A stretch of 63,212 nt of DNA, counting the filler, from Octopus bimaculoides (lineage: Eukaryota), in the NCBI RefSeq assembly GCF_001194135.2. It is 5 parts of 5 records of this genome, joined end to end, with 100 filler letters (N's around TTAATTAATTAA, not from the genome) between each part and the next. Parts side by side here need not be neighbours in the genome. Positions count along the whole stretch, not along the records: positions 1 to 30,792 come from NC_068988.1; 4 more parts are not named here. One strand, 5' to 3'. Below, in pieces: positions 1-12,404 of this stretch; position 1 is the stretch's first letter, and each line of letters starts with the position of its first letter. A program made the translations under genes and the position numbers. The notes below the pieces were generated by a model, which saw only the letters and a program-made list of their open reading frames with translations, was not told where the DNA came from and did not search any database.

Positions 1-50
<50 letters not shown>

Positions 51-1284
51 CATGCATACAACTGAAATAATGCTCATTAAAAATGTATGTATTTGTCTTA
101 AAGTAAATAGGATTATACATATCCAAACCTCAAAACTGTGCACAATCAATCTTACGGCCAGTTGTGTCCTCACTGACTTAACGATCCTCTGATGAGTTCA
201 ATCACTAATAAGATCAACAGCATGAAACCTTCAGTTCCAATTATATAATCCTAGCATATGAATAAACATACATCAGACTCTAACATAAGGATTTATTAAG
301 CTGTTTTATCTTCTTTTGGATCAGAAAATAAACAGCTGTTGGTTTGTTTATGTCTCTGTAACTTAGTTGTTCAGTAAAAAGAAGCGACTGGATAAGTAAC
401 GAGCATAGAATAAGTACTGGGGTTGATGAGGTCAACTAATCCTTGAAAGCAGTGCTCCAGCATGACAACACACTAGTGATTGAAATAAGCAAAAGTTGTT
501 GTGTTGTGTCTTGTTTCTCACTTCCACTTGACAACTGGTGCTGGTTTGTTTACATCCTCATAACTTAGCAGTTTGGTAAAAGAGACCAATACAACAAGCG
601 CCAGATTTAAAAGATAAACAAATACTGAGGTTGATTTGTTTGACAAAAAACTCTTCAAGGTGATGCTCCGGCATGGCCACACTCAGATGACCGGAACAAG
701 TGAAAGATGAAGACACACACACACACACACACATACATACACAAGCTCTTGATATTAAAGACCTCGGCAAATGAATATGTAGAGAAATGCACCAACACTA
801 TATATTATGAAACTCTTGAATATATATAAGTAATTTATTGGGCAATAAAACAGCCTCCACCCTCTTTTATATGAGAGGCTGGACTTCAATGGCCCATTAA
901 ATGGAAATTGCTGCTTGGAGAGAACAGTAACTGAACAGAATCATCTCCATAAAGTGGTTTCTCCTGTTTTACAATTTATACAAGAATTTTATAGGAAGAA
1001 ACTTTTTTTATTTCCCTAGGAGGTTATTTATTACATTTATTATTACAATAAGGTGATAAACTGACGGAACCATTTGCACACCACGCAAAATGCTCGGCAG
1101 CATTTTGTCTGTATTTATGTTCTGAGTTCAAATATGGCTGTGGTCAGCTTTGTCTTTCATCCTTTCAGGGTTGATAAAATAAGTAAACAGTTGCGCACTG
1201 GGAGTGGGGAGGGGGCGATAAAATCAACTTACCCCTACCCCAAAATTGCTGGCCTTGTGCAAAAATTTGAAATCATAGAAACGT

Positions 1285-2070
1285 GGTGAGCTGACAGAAT
1301 CGTAAGCATGCCGGGCAAAAGGCTTGGCAGCATTTCAATTGTCTGGATCTTTTTTAAAACGGGGGCCACATTTTTCATTAACGAAACACTTTGAAACTTG
1401 GAACACTGGTAGAATGTGTCATATAAAACATCTTTTTCTCTTAGTCTTCTTAAAAAAAAAAGAAATCCATAAATTATTCCATGTTAAAGTTGTCGTATTT
1501 CTGTAATTTCAACCAATCACTGACGTCCATTCAGCCGATATACATTAAGTGCCAACTACATAAACAAACGATTCTGAAACAATTAACCCTAACCCTAATG
1601 TTAGGGTTAGGNNNNNNNNNNNNNNNNNNNNNNNNNNTAGGGTTAAAGCAAATTTAAAATGAAAAAAGCAAATAAAACGAAGAATCGTTTGTTTATGTAG
1701 TCGGCACTTAATGTATATCGGCTGAATGGACGTCAGTGATTGGTTGAAATTATCGAAATAAGACAATTTTTTACATGAAATAAATTCGAATACAAAAATA
1801 TTTTTCTGTTCTATAACACAAAATAGATAAGTATACGAAGTTTGAAAGTCTTTCGGTACCAAAAATACTACGTAAAACATTAATGAAAAATGTGGCCCCC
1901 GTTTTAAAAAAGATCCAATTGTCTTTATGTTCTGTGTTCGAATTCTGATTAAGTTGAATTTGCTTTTCATCCTTTTGGGGTTGATAAAATAACTAACAGT
2001 TGAGCACTGGGGGTTGATGTAACCAGCTTACCCCTCTGCCGGACCTGCTGGCTTTGTGCCAGGATGTGAT
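1285..2070 (+). mobile_element. SINE family A copy split by the MITE (1285-1344 + 1925-2070)
   Basis: The two halves join into the same sequence as intact copies in the window (ggtgagctggcagaatcg...gcctttcatccttttggggtcgataaaataagtacc...ctggggtcgatg). Confidence 0.8.
1345..1916. mobile_element. Fold-back MITE (non-autonomous DNA transposon) with central telomere-like repeats, inserted in a SINE
   Basis: ~37-bp TIR ggatcttttttaaaacgggggccacatttttcattaa and its reverse complement at the right end. Perfect 8-bp TSD aattgtct (1337-1344, 1917-1924). A second ~70-bp internal inverted pair flanks a centre of (CCCTAA)2-tg-(TTAGGG)n with a small N gap. Confidence 0.9.
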
Positions 2071-2695
2071 AACAATATGAATAATATTAGTGAGGAGGTG
2101 GCAGAATCATTAGCACAACGAGCGAAATGCGTTCTGTGTTCAAATCCTGCCAAGGTCGACTTTGTCTTTCATTTTTTTAACAACTGAGCCATGCGCCTTC
2201 ACACAGATATAAAACACACGTACAAACAGATATAAACACACACACACACACATGCACATGCACGCACACTATCATTATTGTCATTATCACCAACCTAAGA
2301 GCCTTACTGTCTTGATTCCTAAGACACATCAGGTTGGTAACCTGGTTTCTATAGTGTATAAGTAACAGAGACACAACATTGCCCCCTGAACAGAAGGCCA
2401 GTCCATTGCATGGTTACTCATTTACAGCTGAGTGGAGTGGGCCAAATTGAAACAGAGTGTTTTGCTCAAGAACACAATGCACTGCCAAGTTCAGGTATTG
2501 AAACCATAATCTTATGATAATGAGTGCAACACCCTAACCACTACGCCATGAACCTACACACACACACACACAGAAACTAGATTCTGCGCTCGAATGAGTA
2601 TGAATGTGTACAAATATATATTAACATATGGACGTATAAATATAAGGTGTGTTTACATGTACGTGTGCATTTGTGTGTGTGAGGGGGAGAGACAG

Positions 2696-2746
<51 letters not shown>

Positions 2747-3329
2747 CAGTGTACTTAAAAGCAAAATGATGAAATTCATTGAACGAGCCAGTTGGTTCAT
2801 ACGAGATAGCTTATGTGGTACATAATTGATTCCTCTTGACAAGAACAATAGACTTAAAAGTGACACAGTGCAATCAGTGATTGAGAGGCTGTTGTAGCTA
2901 TTGCGCAGGAGCAGGTCAATTGATTGTATGCTGTAGTCCACAGTGAAATACAGACTGAAAAGTAAAACTTCATTCTCTCATCTCACTTAGTGCACCATTG
3001 CTATCAATATCTAATTCTTATAATGCCTCCAGAGCAACAATGCTAAGTCAACAATAAATTAGATTTTCAACAGCTGCATGGAATTTGGGGGTCAAAAGTA
3101 GACAAGCACTCACACATACGCATCATCATCATCATCATTTTATCGTCCACTCTTCCATGCATTTTCTACGGCCAGTTGCCCTTCCTGTTGTCAGCACTCT
3201 CTTGTTTCCAAGTGAGGCAGTATCTCTCCATAGCCAGACATTTTTTCATAGAATATTCTTTTCTACTCTAGGCACAAGGCCCGAAATTGCTTCTTTTTCT
3301 TTTTTTTTTTTGGCGGGGCAGGGCGGGGA

Positions 3330-3710
3330 GCAGTCAATTAGATCAACTGGTACTTAATTTATTGACTCCGAAAGGATTAAAGGCAAAGTCGACCTTAGTG
3401 GAATTTGAACTCAGAACGTAAAGACAGATGAAATACTGCTAAGAATTTCGTCCAGTCTGCTAACGTTTCTGCCAGCTTGCTGCCATAAATGGAATTAGAT
3501 AATTCTTTTCTATTCTACCAACAAGTCCCAAAATTTTTGGGGAGGGTGCCAGTCGATTAGATCGACCCCAGTACTCAACTGGTACTTAATTTATCGACTC
3601 CAAAAGGACGAAAGGCAAAGTTGATCTTGGTGGAATTTGAACTCAGAACTTAAAGACAGACAAAATACCACTAAGCATTTCGCCTGGCATGCTAATGTCT
3701 CTGCCAGCTC
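3330..3710 (-). mobile_element. Two adjacent SINE family A copies
   Basis: Both carry cgaaaggatgaaaggcaaagtcgacct..ggaatttgaactcagaac. Further copies lie at ~1045-1265, 6845-7060, 9340-9425, 9995-10170, 32431-32605, 45017-45228 and 49231-49420. Confidence 0.8.
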
Positions 3711-3812
3711 GTCACCTTTTTTCCATAGAAAATTGGAAAGGAATGACATTCAATTACAACATTCATATAAAGTCAAGACAAGGAGGCTTAAACATACACC
3801 TATAGACATACA

Positions 3813-3847
<35 letters not shown>

Positions 3848-4662
3848 TGCTTGTATATATGTACAAACATAATGGTGGTGCCACAGCTTTCAAGCTGAAA
3901 CTAGTTAAAGTTACACACACACACACACACACGCGCACACACATAGTGGGCATCTTTTAGTTTCTGTTGACCAAACCTACTCACAAGGCTTTGGTAAGCC
4001 AGGTCAGCCTGGCTGTAGTAATATACACTTGTCCAATCTGCCCTGCACTGGTATTGAACCAAAAACCATGTGATTGAGAAGAAAACTTCTGAATTACACA
4101 CCCACACCTGCCACTTATAAAGTAAGCAATATGCATAAAATTTATGCAAGCACTTACACACACACACACACACACACACACAAATACAAAGATGTGCACA
4201 TGTGCACACATATATCCACATATATATAAACAGCAATTCAAAAACTTATGAGATTTAGATTGAATCCTCTTAGGAATTTCGAAATCTAAATCATATTTGT
4301 TTCTTCTAAACTCTACAATTCATTTTAACTCATTCTGATATCGAGCCTCTTGAGACTGCCTCTGGGTCTCTAATACAAAGCCAAATTGTTTTAAAGAGTT
4401 CAATATTTAAATTGAAGCTTTTGTTAAACTATTTCTGCTAAAATACACTGCCTTTGTTTCAGTTAATTTGGAAAACAATGGAGAATTTCTAACAATAAGT
4501 CTTTCATTATTAATATGGTGTTTGGAACATAAATTAACACACAATATTGATGGAAGGTTTTAATTTAGAACACTTGAACACACAAAGTTTATATCAGAAA
4601 CAGGAGCAGTCTCAGTGGAGTTAGTACCAAAAGGGTTGAACTTTTCAGTCATAATGTTTATA

Positions 4663-4871
4663 TGAGGGAGTGCTGACAAGTTCCTGGTTTTAAGGGGATT
4701 GCAAAAGGCCTGGTTGGAGGCCCAACGTTTCGATTTCTTTTACAAGGCTTAAGAAAACTGAAGGACTGCTGCGATAAGTGTGTGAATCTGAGATGGGGAT
4801 ATATTGAATTATTAACTGATTCTCCTATATTTTCTTTTACCCAAAGCCAGGAACTTTACAACAACCCCTCT
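4663..4871. mobile_element. Tc1/mariner-type MITE
   Basis: Imperfect ~28-bp TIRs (tgagggagtgctgacaagttcctggttt / aaagccaggaactttacaacaacccctct), flanked on both sides by TA. Confidence 0.7.
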
Positions 4872-5870
4872 TACATGAACTTTTCTGCTAAATTATGTTC
4901 TATCTATAAAGTTTTGTACCTGAACAAATTATAAAAGAAACGATTAATTAAATCCCTGCACAGTCTTGAAATTTGGGTAAAGCCACCCAAAACACAGAGG
5001 AGAGAAAACTAAATAAATATAGGAGCCTGACCGGCCAGTATCAGTTTGTGCCAGTCACTGTCAAGACTTTGGGTGCTCTTAGATCCTGCATTGCCAATTT
5101 CCACCTGTGTGTGTGTGTGATCATCATCATTTAACCTCCTTTTTCCATGCTGACATGGGTCAGATGGTATGACAAGAACAGATAAGCCAGAAAGCTGTCA
5201 GCTCCTACGTCTACTTTGTTATGCTTTCTACACCTGGATGCCCTTCCTAATGCTAACCACTTAGAATGTACAGGGTGTTTTTTATGTGGCCCCAACACCG
5301 GTGAGGTCGCCAAATACCTACAAGACCCCTCAACTGAGTGAGGTATAGAATGGAAGGATAATAAGTTATGATAGAGAGAAAGGAGCAAGTGTCTTGCTGA
5401 AAAGGTAAATACATGGTTTGCCCACCTGGAAAGCGAGAGAGAGAGAGAGAGAGAAAGAGATGGGAAGTCCAGGTACAATGTGAATAAAAGACAGAATAAG
5501 ATTACATACACACACACTTAATCTTTCTCTCTCTCACACACACACACACAGAGTAAATAGAGCATACTTGAAATGGTTAAAGACTTAGAGCATGATTTCC
5601 ATTGAGAATATTCTTTTATCTTATAATCGATGACCAATATTACCCAGAAGTGGGATTCATTGTAGCATTATCATTAAAACAACAAATAATAGCTTGGTAT
5701 TAACTGAAGGAGTAGTTAACATTGTTGTAAATATTGCTTTAAGAGTAAAATCAACGTTGTGCCACTGCTGCCACTTTCTGGGTTTCATAACAAACCAGGA
5801 AGATGGGTTGGAAAACATTTCTATCAAATACTACTCCAGATGACATCATTTACATAACATGGGTAGATGC

Positions 5871-6030
5871 AGGAGTTAGGGTGGTTAAAAAGCTTGCTTC
5901 TCTACCATATGGTTTCTTGTTCAGTCTCACCATGGCACCTTGAGCAAGTGTCTTCTGCTACAACCTTTAGACAATCAAAGCCCTGTGAATGGATTTGGTG
6001 GATGGAAACTGAAAGAAGCCCATTGTAAAT
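5871..6030 (+). mobile_element. SINE family B (tRNA-like head plus CORE-like ggcaccttgggcaagtgtcttct block), representative copy
   Basis: Shared ...gccttgtgagtggatttggtagacggaaactgaaagaagccc tail ending in (TA)/(TG)n. More than ten copies occur on both strands, e.g. 7325-7445, 12647-12795, 16215-16370, 18262-18410, 30355-30500, 46250-46365, 61241-61396. Confidence 0.75.
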
Positions 6031-6177
6031 ACAGGTATGTATACATGTAAGTGTGTATGTATGAATGTTTGTATTATTGATCACACACATACACACAGAA
6101 TTTGTTTTGTTTATACACCAAATTTGCTATGGGATAGTATGTGGGGTAGCTGTGTATCTGGGGTAGCTGAGCATTAG

Positions 6178-6399
6178 CCCTTTCAATACCAACCCGGCTG
6201 AAACCACCTCTGGCTCTCTACTACAAATGTCTTGTTTTCATAAGTTCTGAATTAAAATCTTCCCCCAAACCTTAGTCACAATTTATGTCCCTAACACTAG
6301 CTTAATGGTAACTAAGTTATTTTACTAAATTCTTTGTTATATTTAAAATTAATTGAAAGAAACACAGACCATCTCAGAATAAATATGGTCATGAAAGGG
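6178..6399. mobile_element. TTAA-type (piggyBac-like) MITE
   Basis: CCCTTTC...GAAAGGG termini, flanked by TTAG and TTAA. A one-ended fragment of the same family starts after TTAA at 7606. Confidence 0.75.
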
Positions 6400-8148
6400 T
6401 TAAAGAACACCTGAATGTCGTAGACAAAATGAGACAACTCACCTCGGATTGAATCCGAGAGTGATAGATATTGATATTTTGTCTGTGTGTGTGTGCATGT
6501 GCTTATGTCTCCTTGTCTTCATATTGTATGATATCCATAAAGGAGAATCGCCATCATGTGAGCAGTGTCATTTCTTTCCAATATTCTGCAAAAACATACC
6601 TGGTCAAGGGGAAATATTAACTTGCCGTGAAACAGGTAAGGGTTGGCAACAGGAAAGGCACCCAACCTTAAAAAAAATCTTGCTTTAATAAATTCTGTTT
6701 GACCCATGCAAGGATGGAAAATTAAACATTAAATGATGAGGATTGTTTCATATTTTAAATGGCATTGGGCAAGCCATCAGTTTTTTGGAAATAATAAATC
6801 TGATTTCCAACAGAGCTGTTTCTAATATGCAACAGTCCAAAGGTGACAAACCAGCAGAACTGTTAGCATGCTGGGCAAAATGCTCAACAGCATTTCATCT
6901 GTCTCTTAGGTTCTGAGTTCAAATTTCGTCAAAGTCAACTTTATCTTTTGGGGTCCTTTTGGGATCAATAAAACAGGTATCAGTTGGGCATTGGGGGCTG
7001 ATGTAATTGACTTGCCCCGTCCCTTGAAATTACAGGGCTGTGTGCCAAAATTTGAAACCAAAAAATAATAGTAAGGATGGAGGGGCAGAGTTAGTAGAAA
7101 ATGAAATGCTAATTTGGAACAAATTGCGAAAAAACATTTGGTGTTTTAATATTCAACAAGGCAACCCTATAATTAGATGCCATAAATTTCACAAGATAAT
7201 CTTGAGATAGCAGAAAAGTAATAAAAAGACACTATTAACATTTTCTCATAAACTATAAAATTACACTTCTCTGTTCTATTTGTATCAGTTTCTACTTTTG
7301 TGTTCCTTTAATCAAATGCAGGTGTAGCAATAAGTTTGCTTCCCAAGCACATGGTCTTGAGTACAGTCCCAAGAGTCTTCTATTATAGCCCCAGGCTAAT
7401 CGAAGCCTTGCAGTTGGATTTGGTAGATGAAAACTGAAGGAAGCACGCATGCATGTAGGTCATTATTTAAGTCTTTGTTTCAAGATTTCTTGCCAAAAGA
7501 AAAAGAGCCGATTTCTGACCTCAATCCAACAATAAGGTATTTTGCATGTATGTGTGTATGTATTTATGTATGTAGGTTCTTTCTCATCTGTTTTTAATGA
7601 TTTAACCCTTTCGTTACTGTATTTATTCTGAGATGCTCTGTGTTTCTTTCAATTACTTTAAATATAACAAAGAATATTCCACCTGTATTCCTTTTGTTGA
7701 TTGATGGATGGATGGACGGATGGATGTTGCTGTCTCCTTGCCTTGACATCACATGATAGTTGTAAGTAAGTGTCACCATTACACAAGTGGTGTCCTTCGT
7801 TTTCACTCATCCATGAAACACATTTGGCCATGGAGAAATATCACTTTACTTGGAAACAGGTGAAGATGGATGACACAAAAGGCTTCTGGCCGTGAAAGAT
7901 TCACCTTAACAAATTCCACTCAACCCATGCAAACATCAAGAAGTGGATATCAAAATAACAATGATGATGATGATGATACCGTCCTGTCTGAGACTGCAAT
8001 CCATTTCTCTGATATAAAACTCATTAGTTTTAAAGTATTCTATATTTAAATTAAAACCATCAGTCATAAATCAATACAAGAAATTGTTCTTAAGTCCTCA
8101 ACACCAGTTTAATATAAAAATATCTGTGGCTGTGTGGTGAGGAGTTTG

Positions 8149-8184
<36 letters not shown>

Positions 8185-8259
8185 CACATACACACATAAA
8201 TCATGGATGAAAATTAGATATCCTCTGTATAGAATACACTTAAAAGTGCTCAAGAAGAT

Positions 8260-8597
8260 TAAAGTTGGGTAGGTATAGAAATAAATGTAAGGTTGAGCAA
8301 GTTAGACAGATCAATATATAAAGTTTTACTATATTGATACATGAAATACAAGGTATGTATACAAAAAGATGTATATATGTTTACATACAAAAATGATTGA
8401 CTTACACAGAATATAAACGAAATAGAGGATTAAAGAGATTGGGGAAAAGTGTTACAAATTCAACAGCTATTTCTGGGGGCTCACAGGTCCAAAATAGTGT
8501 TTGTAGATTGATTCCATCATAGGATAAGGCGAGCCTCCGTCTTCAGGGAAGAAATCTTACATTTGAGACGTTAAAGGAAAGAAGTTCAAAGATGGAA
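8260..8597 (-). mobile_element. Probable 3' remnant of a non-LTR retrotransposon (clade unassigned)
   Basis: A minus-strand reading frame with one stop (SIFELLSFNVSNVRFLP*RRRLALSYDGINLQTLFWTCEPPEIAVEF...) is followed by a T-rich UTR-like stretch. No diagnostic motif recognised. Confidence 0.35.
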
Positions 8598-8685
8598 TTC
8601 CATCTTTGACCTTCTTTCTTATAACACCTCAAATGAGGCTCGTCTCATCCTATGGTGGAATCAATCTACAAACATTATATTGGAC
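8487..8685. repeat. Fold-back palindrome centred on gaattc (8595-8600)
   Basis: The right arm (88 nt) is the reverse complement of the left arm (111 nt), apart from scattered substitutions and a 23-nt block missing from the right arm. There is no central loop. Confidence 0.9.
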
Positions 8686-8701
8686 TGCCAAGCATCGACC
8701 A

Positions 8702-8895
8702 CAGATACAGGAGAGAGAGAGAGAGAGAGAGATATACAGAAGAGAACGAGAGATACAGGAGAGAGAGATACAGGAGAGAGACAGAGATACAGGAGAGAGA
8801 GATACAGGAGAGAGAGATACAGGAGAGAGAGATACAGGAGACAGAGATACAGGAGAGAGAGAGAGATACAGGAGAGAGAGAGAGACAGAGATACA

Positions 8896-8926
<31 letters not shown>

Positions 8927-9050
8927 AATACAGGGGAGAGAGAGAGAGACGTGCAGAAAAGTAAGAAGCAACAAAATGAGAAGAGAAAGAGAGAGAGAGA
9001 CGTGCAGAAAAGTAAGAAGCAACAAAATGAGAAGAGAAAGAGAGAGAGAG
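8702..9050. repeat. (GAGAGATACAG)-type minisatellite followed by a ~50-bp tandem duplication
   Basis: Repeated gagagatacaggaga units, then gagacgtgcagaaaagtaagaagcaacaaaatgagaagagaaagagaga twice. This explains the five repeat-derived ORFs between 8606 and 9122. Confidence 0.9.
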
Positions 9051-9189
9051 CATGTGTGTGCGGTTATGTGTGAGTGTGTGCATGTTGAATAAGTGCGAAA
9101 GAATAAAAGTGGAAGAAGACAAAGAAAAAAGAGAGAAGTAAAAATAGATAAATAAATTTTGAAAAAGTATGTTTTGAGAGATTTCTTAC

Positions 9190-9263
9190 CGTGAAAATAT
9201 GGAATAACTTCAACATGGAGCAATGCAGGTTGGATATTTAGATGGCTTTTGTCAACTGTACAC
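9190..9263 (-). CDS. NBEAL1: Internal coding exon of the NBEAL-like gene: (K)CTVDKSHLNIQPALLHVEVIPYFH
   Basis: 74-nt exon with acceptor ttcttcttgctctccag| and donor CACG|gtaaga; phase 2 to phase 1, compatible with the preceding exon. VDKSHLNIQPALLHVEVIPYFH resembles recalled NBEAL1 [22 protein letters not shown]. Confidence 0.88.
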
Positions 9264-10790
9264 CTGGAGAGCAAGAAGAAAAGAGAGTAAGAATAGTTAT
9301 TTCTTTATTGCCCACAGGGGACAAACAAGGAGAGACAAAGGGATTAAGTCAATTACATCGACCCCAGTGCGTTACTGGTACTTGTTTAATCGACCCCGAA
9401 AGGATGAAAGGCAAAGTCGACCTCGNNNNNNNNNNNNNNNNNNNNNNNNNNNNNNNNNNNNNNNNNNNNNNNNNNNNNNNNNNNNNNNNNNNNNNNNNNN
9501 NNNNNNNNNNNNNNNNNNNNNNNNNNNNNNNNNNNNNNNNNNNNNNNNNNNNNNNNNNNNNNNNNNNNNNNNNNNNNNNNNNNNNNNNNNNNNNNNNNNN
9601 NNNNNNNNNNNNNNNNNNNNNNNNNNNNNNNNNNNNNNNNNNNNNNNNNNNNNNNNNNNNNNNNNNNNNNNNNNNNNNNNNNNNNNNNNNNNNNNNNNNN
9701 NNNNNNNNNNNNNNNNNNNNNNNNNNNNNNNNNNNNNNNNNNNNNNNNNNNNNNNNNNNNNNNNNNNNNNNNNNNNNNNNNNNNNNNNNNNNNNNNNNNN
9801 NNNNNNNNNNNNNNNNNNNNNNNNNNNNNNNNNNNNNNNNNNNNNNNNNNNNNNNNNNNNNNNNNNNNNNNNNNNNNNNNNNNNNNNNNNNNNNNNNNNN
9901 NNNNNNNNNNNNNNNNNNNNNNNNNNNNNNNNNNNNNNATATATATTATTGCCCACAGGGGGCTAAACATAGAGGGAACAAACAAGGACAGACAAAGGGA
10001 TTAAGTCGATTACATTGACCCCAGTATGTAACTGGTACTTATTTAATCGACCCCGAAAGGATGAAGGGCAAAGTCGACCTCAGCGGAATTTGAACTCAGA
10101 ACATAACAGCAGTCGAAATACCGCTAAGCATTTTACCCTGTGTGCTAACGATTCAGCCAGCTCGCCGCCTTATCAGAGTAATAATATTATAAAGACAATG
10201 AGGAAGTCTCTACAGAGACACAGCAACTGCTGGAAAGAGAAACCAAATCAGACACATTTCTTTAAAATAAGGAAGGACATGTAAATCAAAATCATCATCA
10301 TCACAGCATGAGACAACTGGGCACAGCTGTTTGAACACTGATGATTTGGCATGGCTGACTGGACATTCAGCAGGTTTTGATGACGAGTACTTTTGACACT
10401 GGACGCAAACACACACACACAAACACATACAAACATGCATGTGTATGCGTGTGTTATTCTCTTGATATTGTGCAATGTAAACAAATGTCATTCATGTCCA
10501 ATATTCTATGAAAACAGGTGACCATCAGGAAATATTACCTTGCTTCGAAACAGGTCAAAGACTGGCAACAGGAAGGGCATCTGACTGCTGAAAATACGCC
10601 TCAATAAGCTCTGTCTGATCCATGAAGGCATGGAAAAATGGACGTCAAAATGATGATGATAATATATGTTAGGAATTATAGGTGAAAAGATGGCTACATG
10701 GTTAAGAAGTTCACATCCATACCACATGGTCTGGGGTTCAGTTCCACTAAATGACACTAAATGCAAATGTTCTCTACTGTAGCTCTAGGC

Positions 10791-11134
10791 CAGAGGTTTT
10801 CAAACTTTTTGAGCCACTGCTCCCCTTATGACCACATAATACCCACAGCGCCTCCAACCCCTATTTTCATGTCTAAATAAATATTTTACATTTTACTAAT
10901 TTATATATACCATGAATCATTTGATTTTTAATATAACATCATATAATTTGTATACAATACGATAATAATATTATAATAAATACATAGCGTCCCCCAATCC
11001 ACTGCCTTCTTCCCAATGCCTCCTTTTTCTCTACCACTCCGACCCCCACTTCCCCCTTAGGCACCAGCGCCCACCAGGACCGTCTCAACGCCCGCCGGGG
11101 GAGGGGGCAGTAGCGACCACTTTGAGAACCTGTG
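10791..11134. mobile_element. hAT (Charlie/Buster-like) MITE nested in a family B SINE
   Basis: Termini cagaggttttcaaa / tttgagaacctgtg. Degenerate 8-bp TSD ctctaggc / ttctggac (5/8). The flanks rejoin as SINE B sequence (ctactgtagctctaggc...caaagccttgtgagtgg). Confidence 0.65.
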
Positions 11135-11998
11135 TTCTGGACAAAGCAAAGCCTTGTGAGTGGGTTTCATAGATAAAAAAGTTTGTCATGTACGCAAATG
11201 TATGCGTATGTATGTATTAATGCATACATGCAAGTATTTGTGTGTATATGTGTATGTGAGTGCACATGTATACGTGTGCATGACAGACAGAGAGATTGTT
11301 TGCTAATACAAATTGCAAAGGAAATAGAATCAATAAATATAATTGAGTTTATAAATATCTCTTTATTAACAATGTACCTATCTTGAAGAGAAATCAACTT
11401 TAAATAAATAGCGTGTAGAGCTGTCATCATCATCATCATCATCATCGTTTTCTCATTCGCTTTTCCAGGCTTGCATGAATCAGACAGAATTTGTTGAAGC
11501 CTCCTGTCACCGAACCTTACCTGTTTCCAAGCGTAGAAACATTTCCCCAAGGGCAGACATGTTTTTCATAGAAGACTGAGAACAAACAACACCACTTGTC
11601 TGATGACTGATGCTTGTTTACATCACATGATAACAAGAGAACAGCACACACACACACACACACACATATGTGTGATTTTGTGTGTGTGTGTGTGTGTGTA
11701 TGAGGGCACACTGCCTAGTGGTTAGGGTGAAGCAATGGCAATTTAGCTATTGTGATTTCAATTCCTAGGCTGGGTGATGTGTTGTGTTCTTGAGTAAGAA
11801 CACTTCAACTCATGTTGCCCTGTGATCACTTCAACACCTGGCATGATACACCTTGCACCTGTCCAGGTAACAGCAATATGATGTCAGGAGTGAACAAATA
11901 TACAGCACAAACATTTGATCACTATAAACAAATCATTTGTGCAGGTCATTTGGCAAAACTAAACGCTCATATGTCGTCAACGGAAGAGTCCATCTATG

Positions 11999-12048
<50 letters not shown>

Positions 12049-12361
12049 CCAAGAAAGTTAGAGGTCGTGAATCTAGCCCACTTTGAATTTTTCATTTTTA
12101 ATTGCTGATATGACAGTGTGTGTGTGTCATATGTGTTTGTATATTGTTTTTATTGTCCTCTTGGNNNNNNNNNNNNNNNNNNNNNNNNNNNNNNNNNNNN
12201 NNNNNNNNNNNNNNNNNNNNNNNNNNNNNNNNNNNNNNNNNNNNNNNNNNNNNNNNNNNNNNNNNNNNNNNNNNNNNNNNNNAAAAATAAACAGGTAAAT
12301 TGACATAGTACAGTGTCTGCAAGTTGATGAGTACCACATATTCCCCTCCATTTTCTTATTG

Positions 12362-12404
<43 letters not shown>

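Noticed and set aside
181-240. Second hammerhead-like core (CTGATGA...agcatGAAAC) on the plus strand
   Set aside because: No stem I partner or well-formed stem III/NUH could be built in type I or type III topology, and stem II is poor.
2750-2955. ~67-codon minus-strand open frame after an AG acceptor
   Set aside because: It does not match the expected next NBEAL exon (wrong phase and sequence), has a weak donor and runs into (CT)n.
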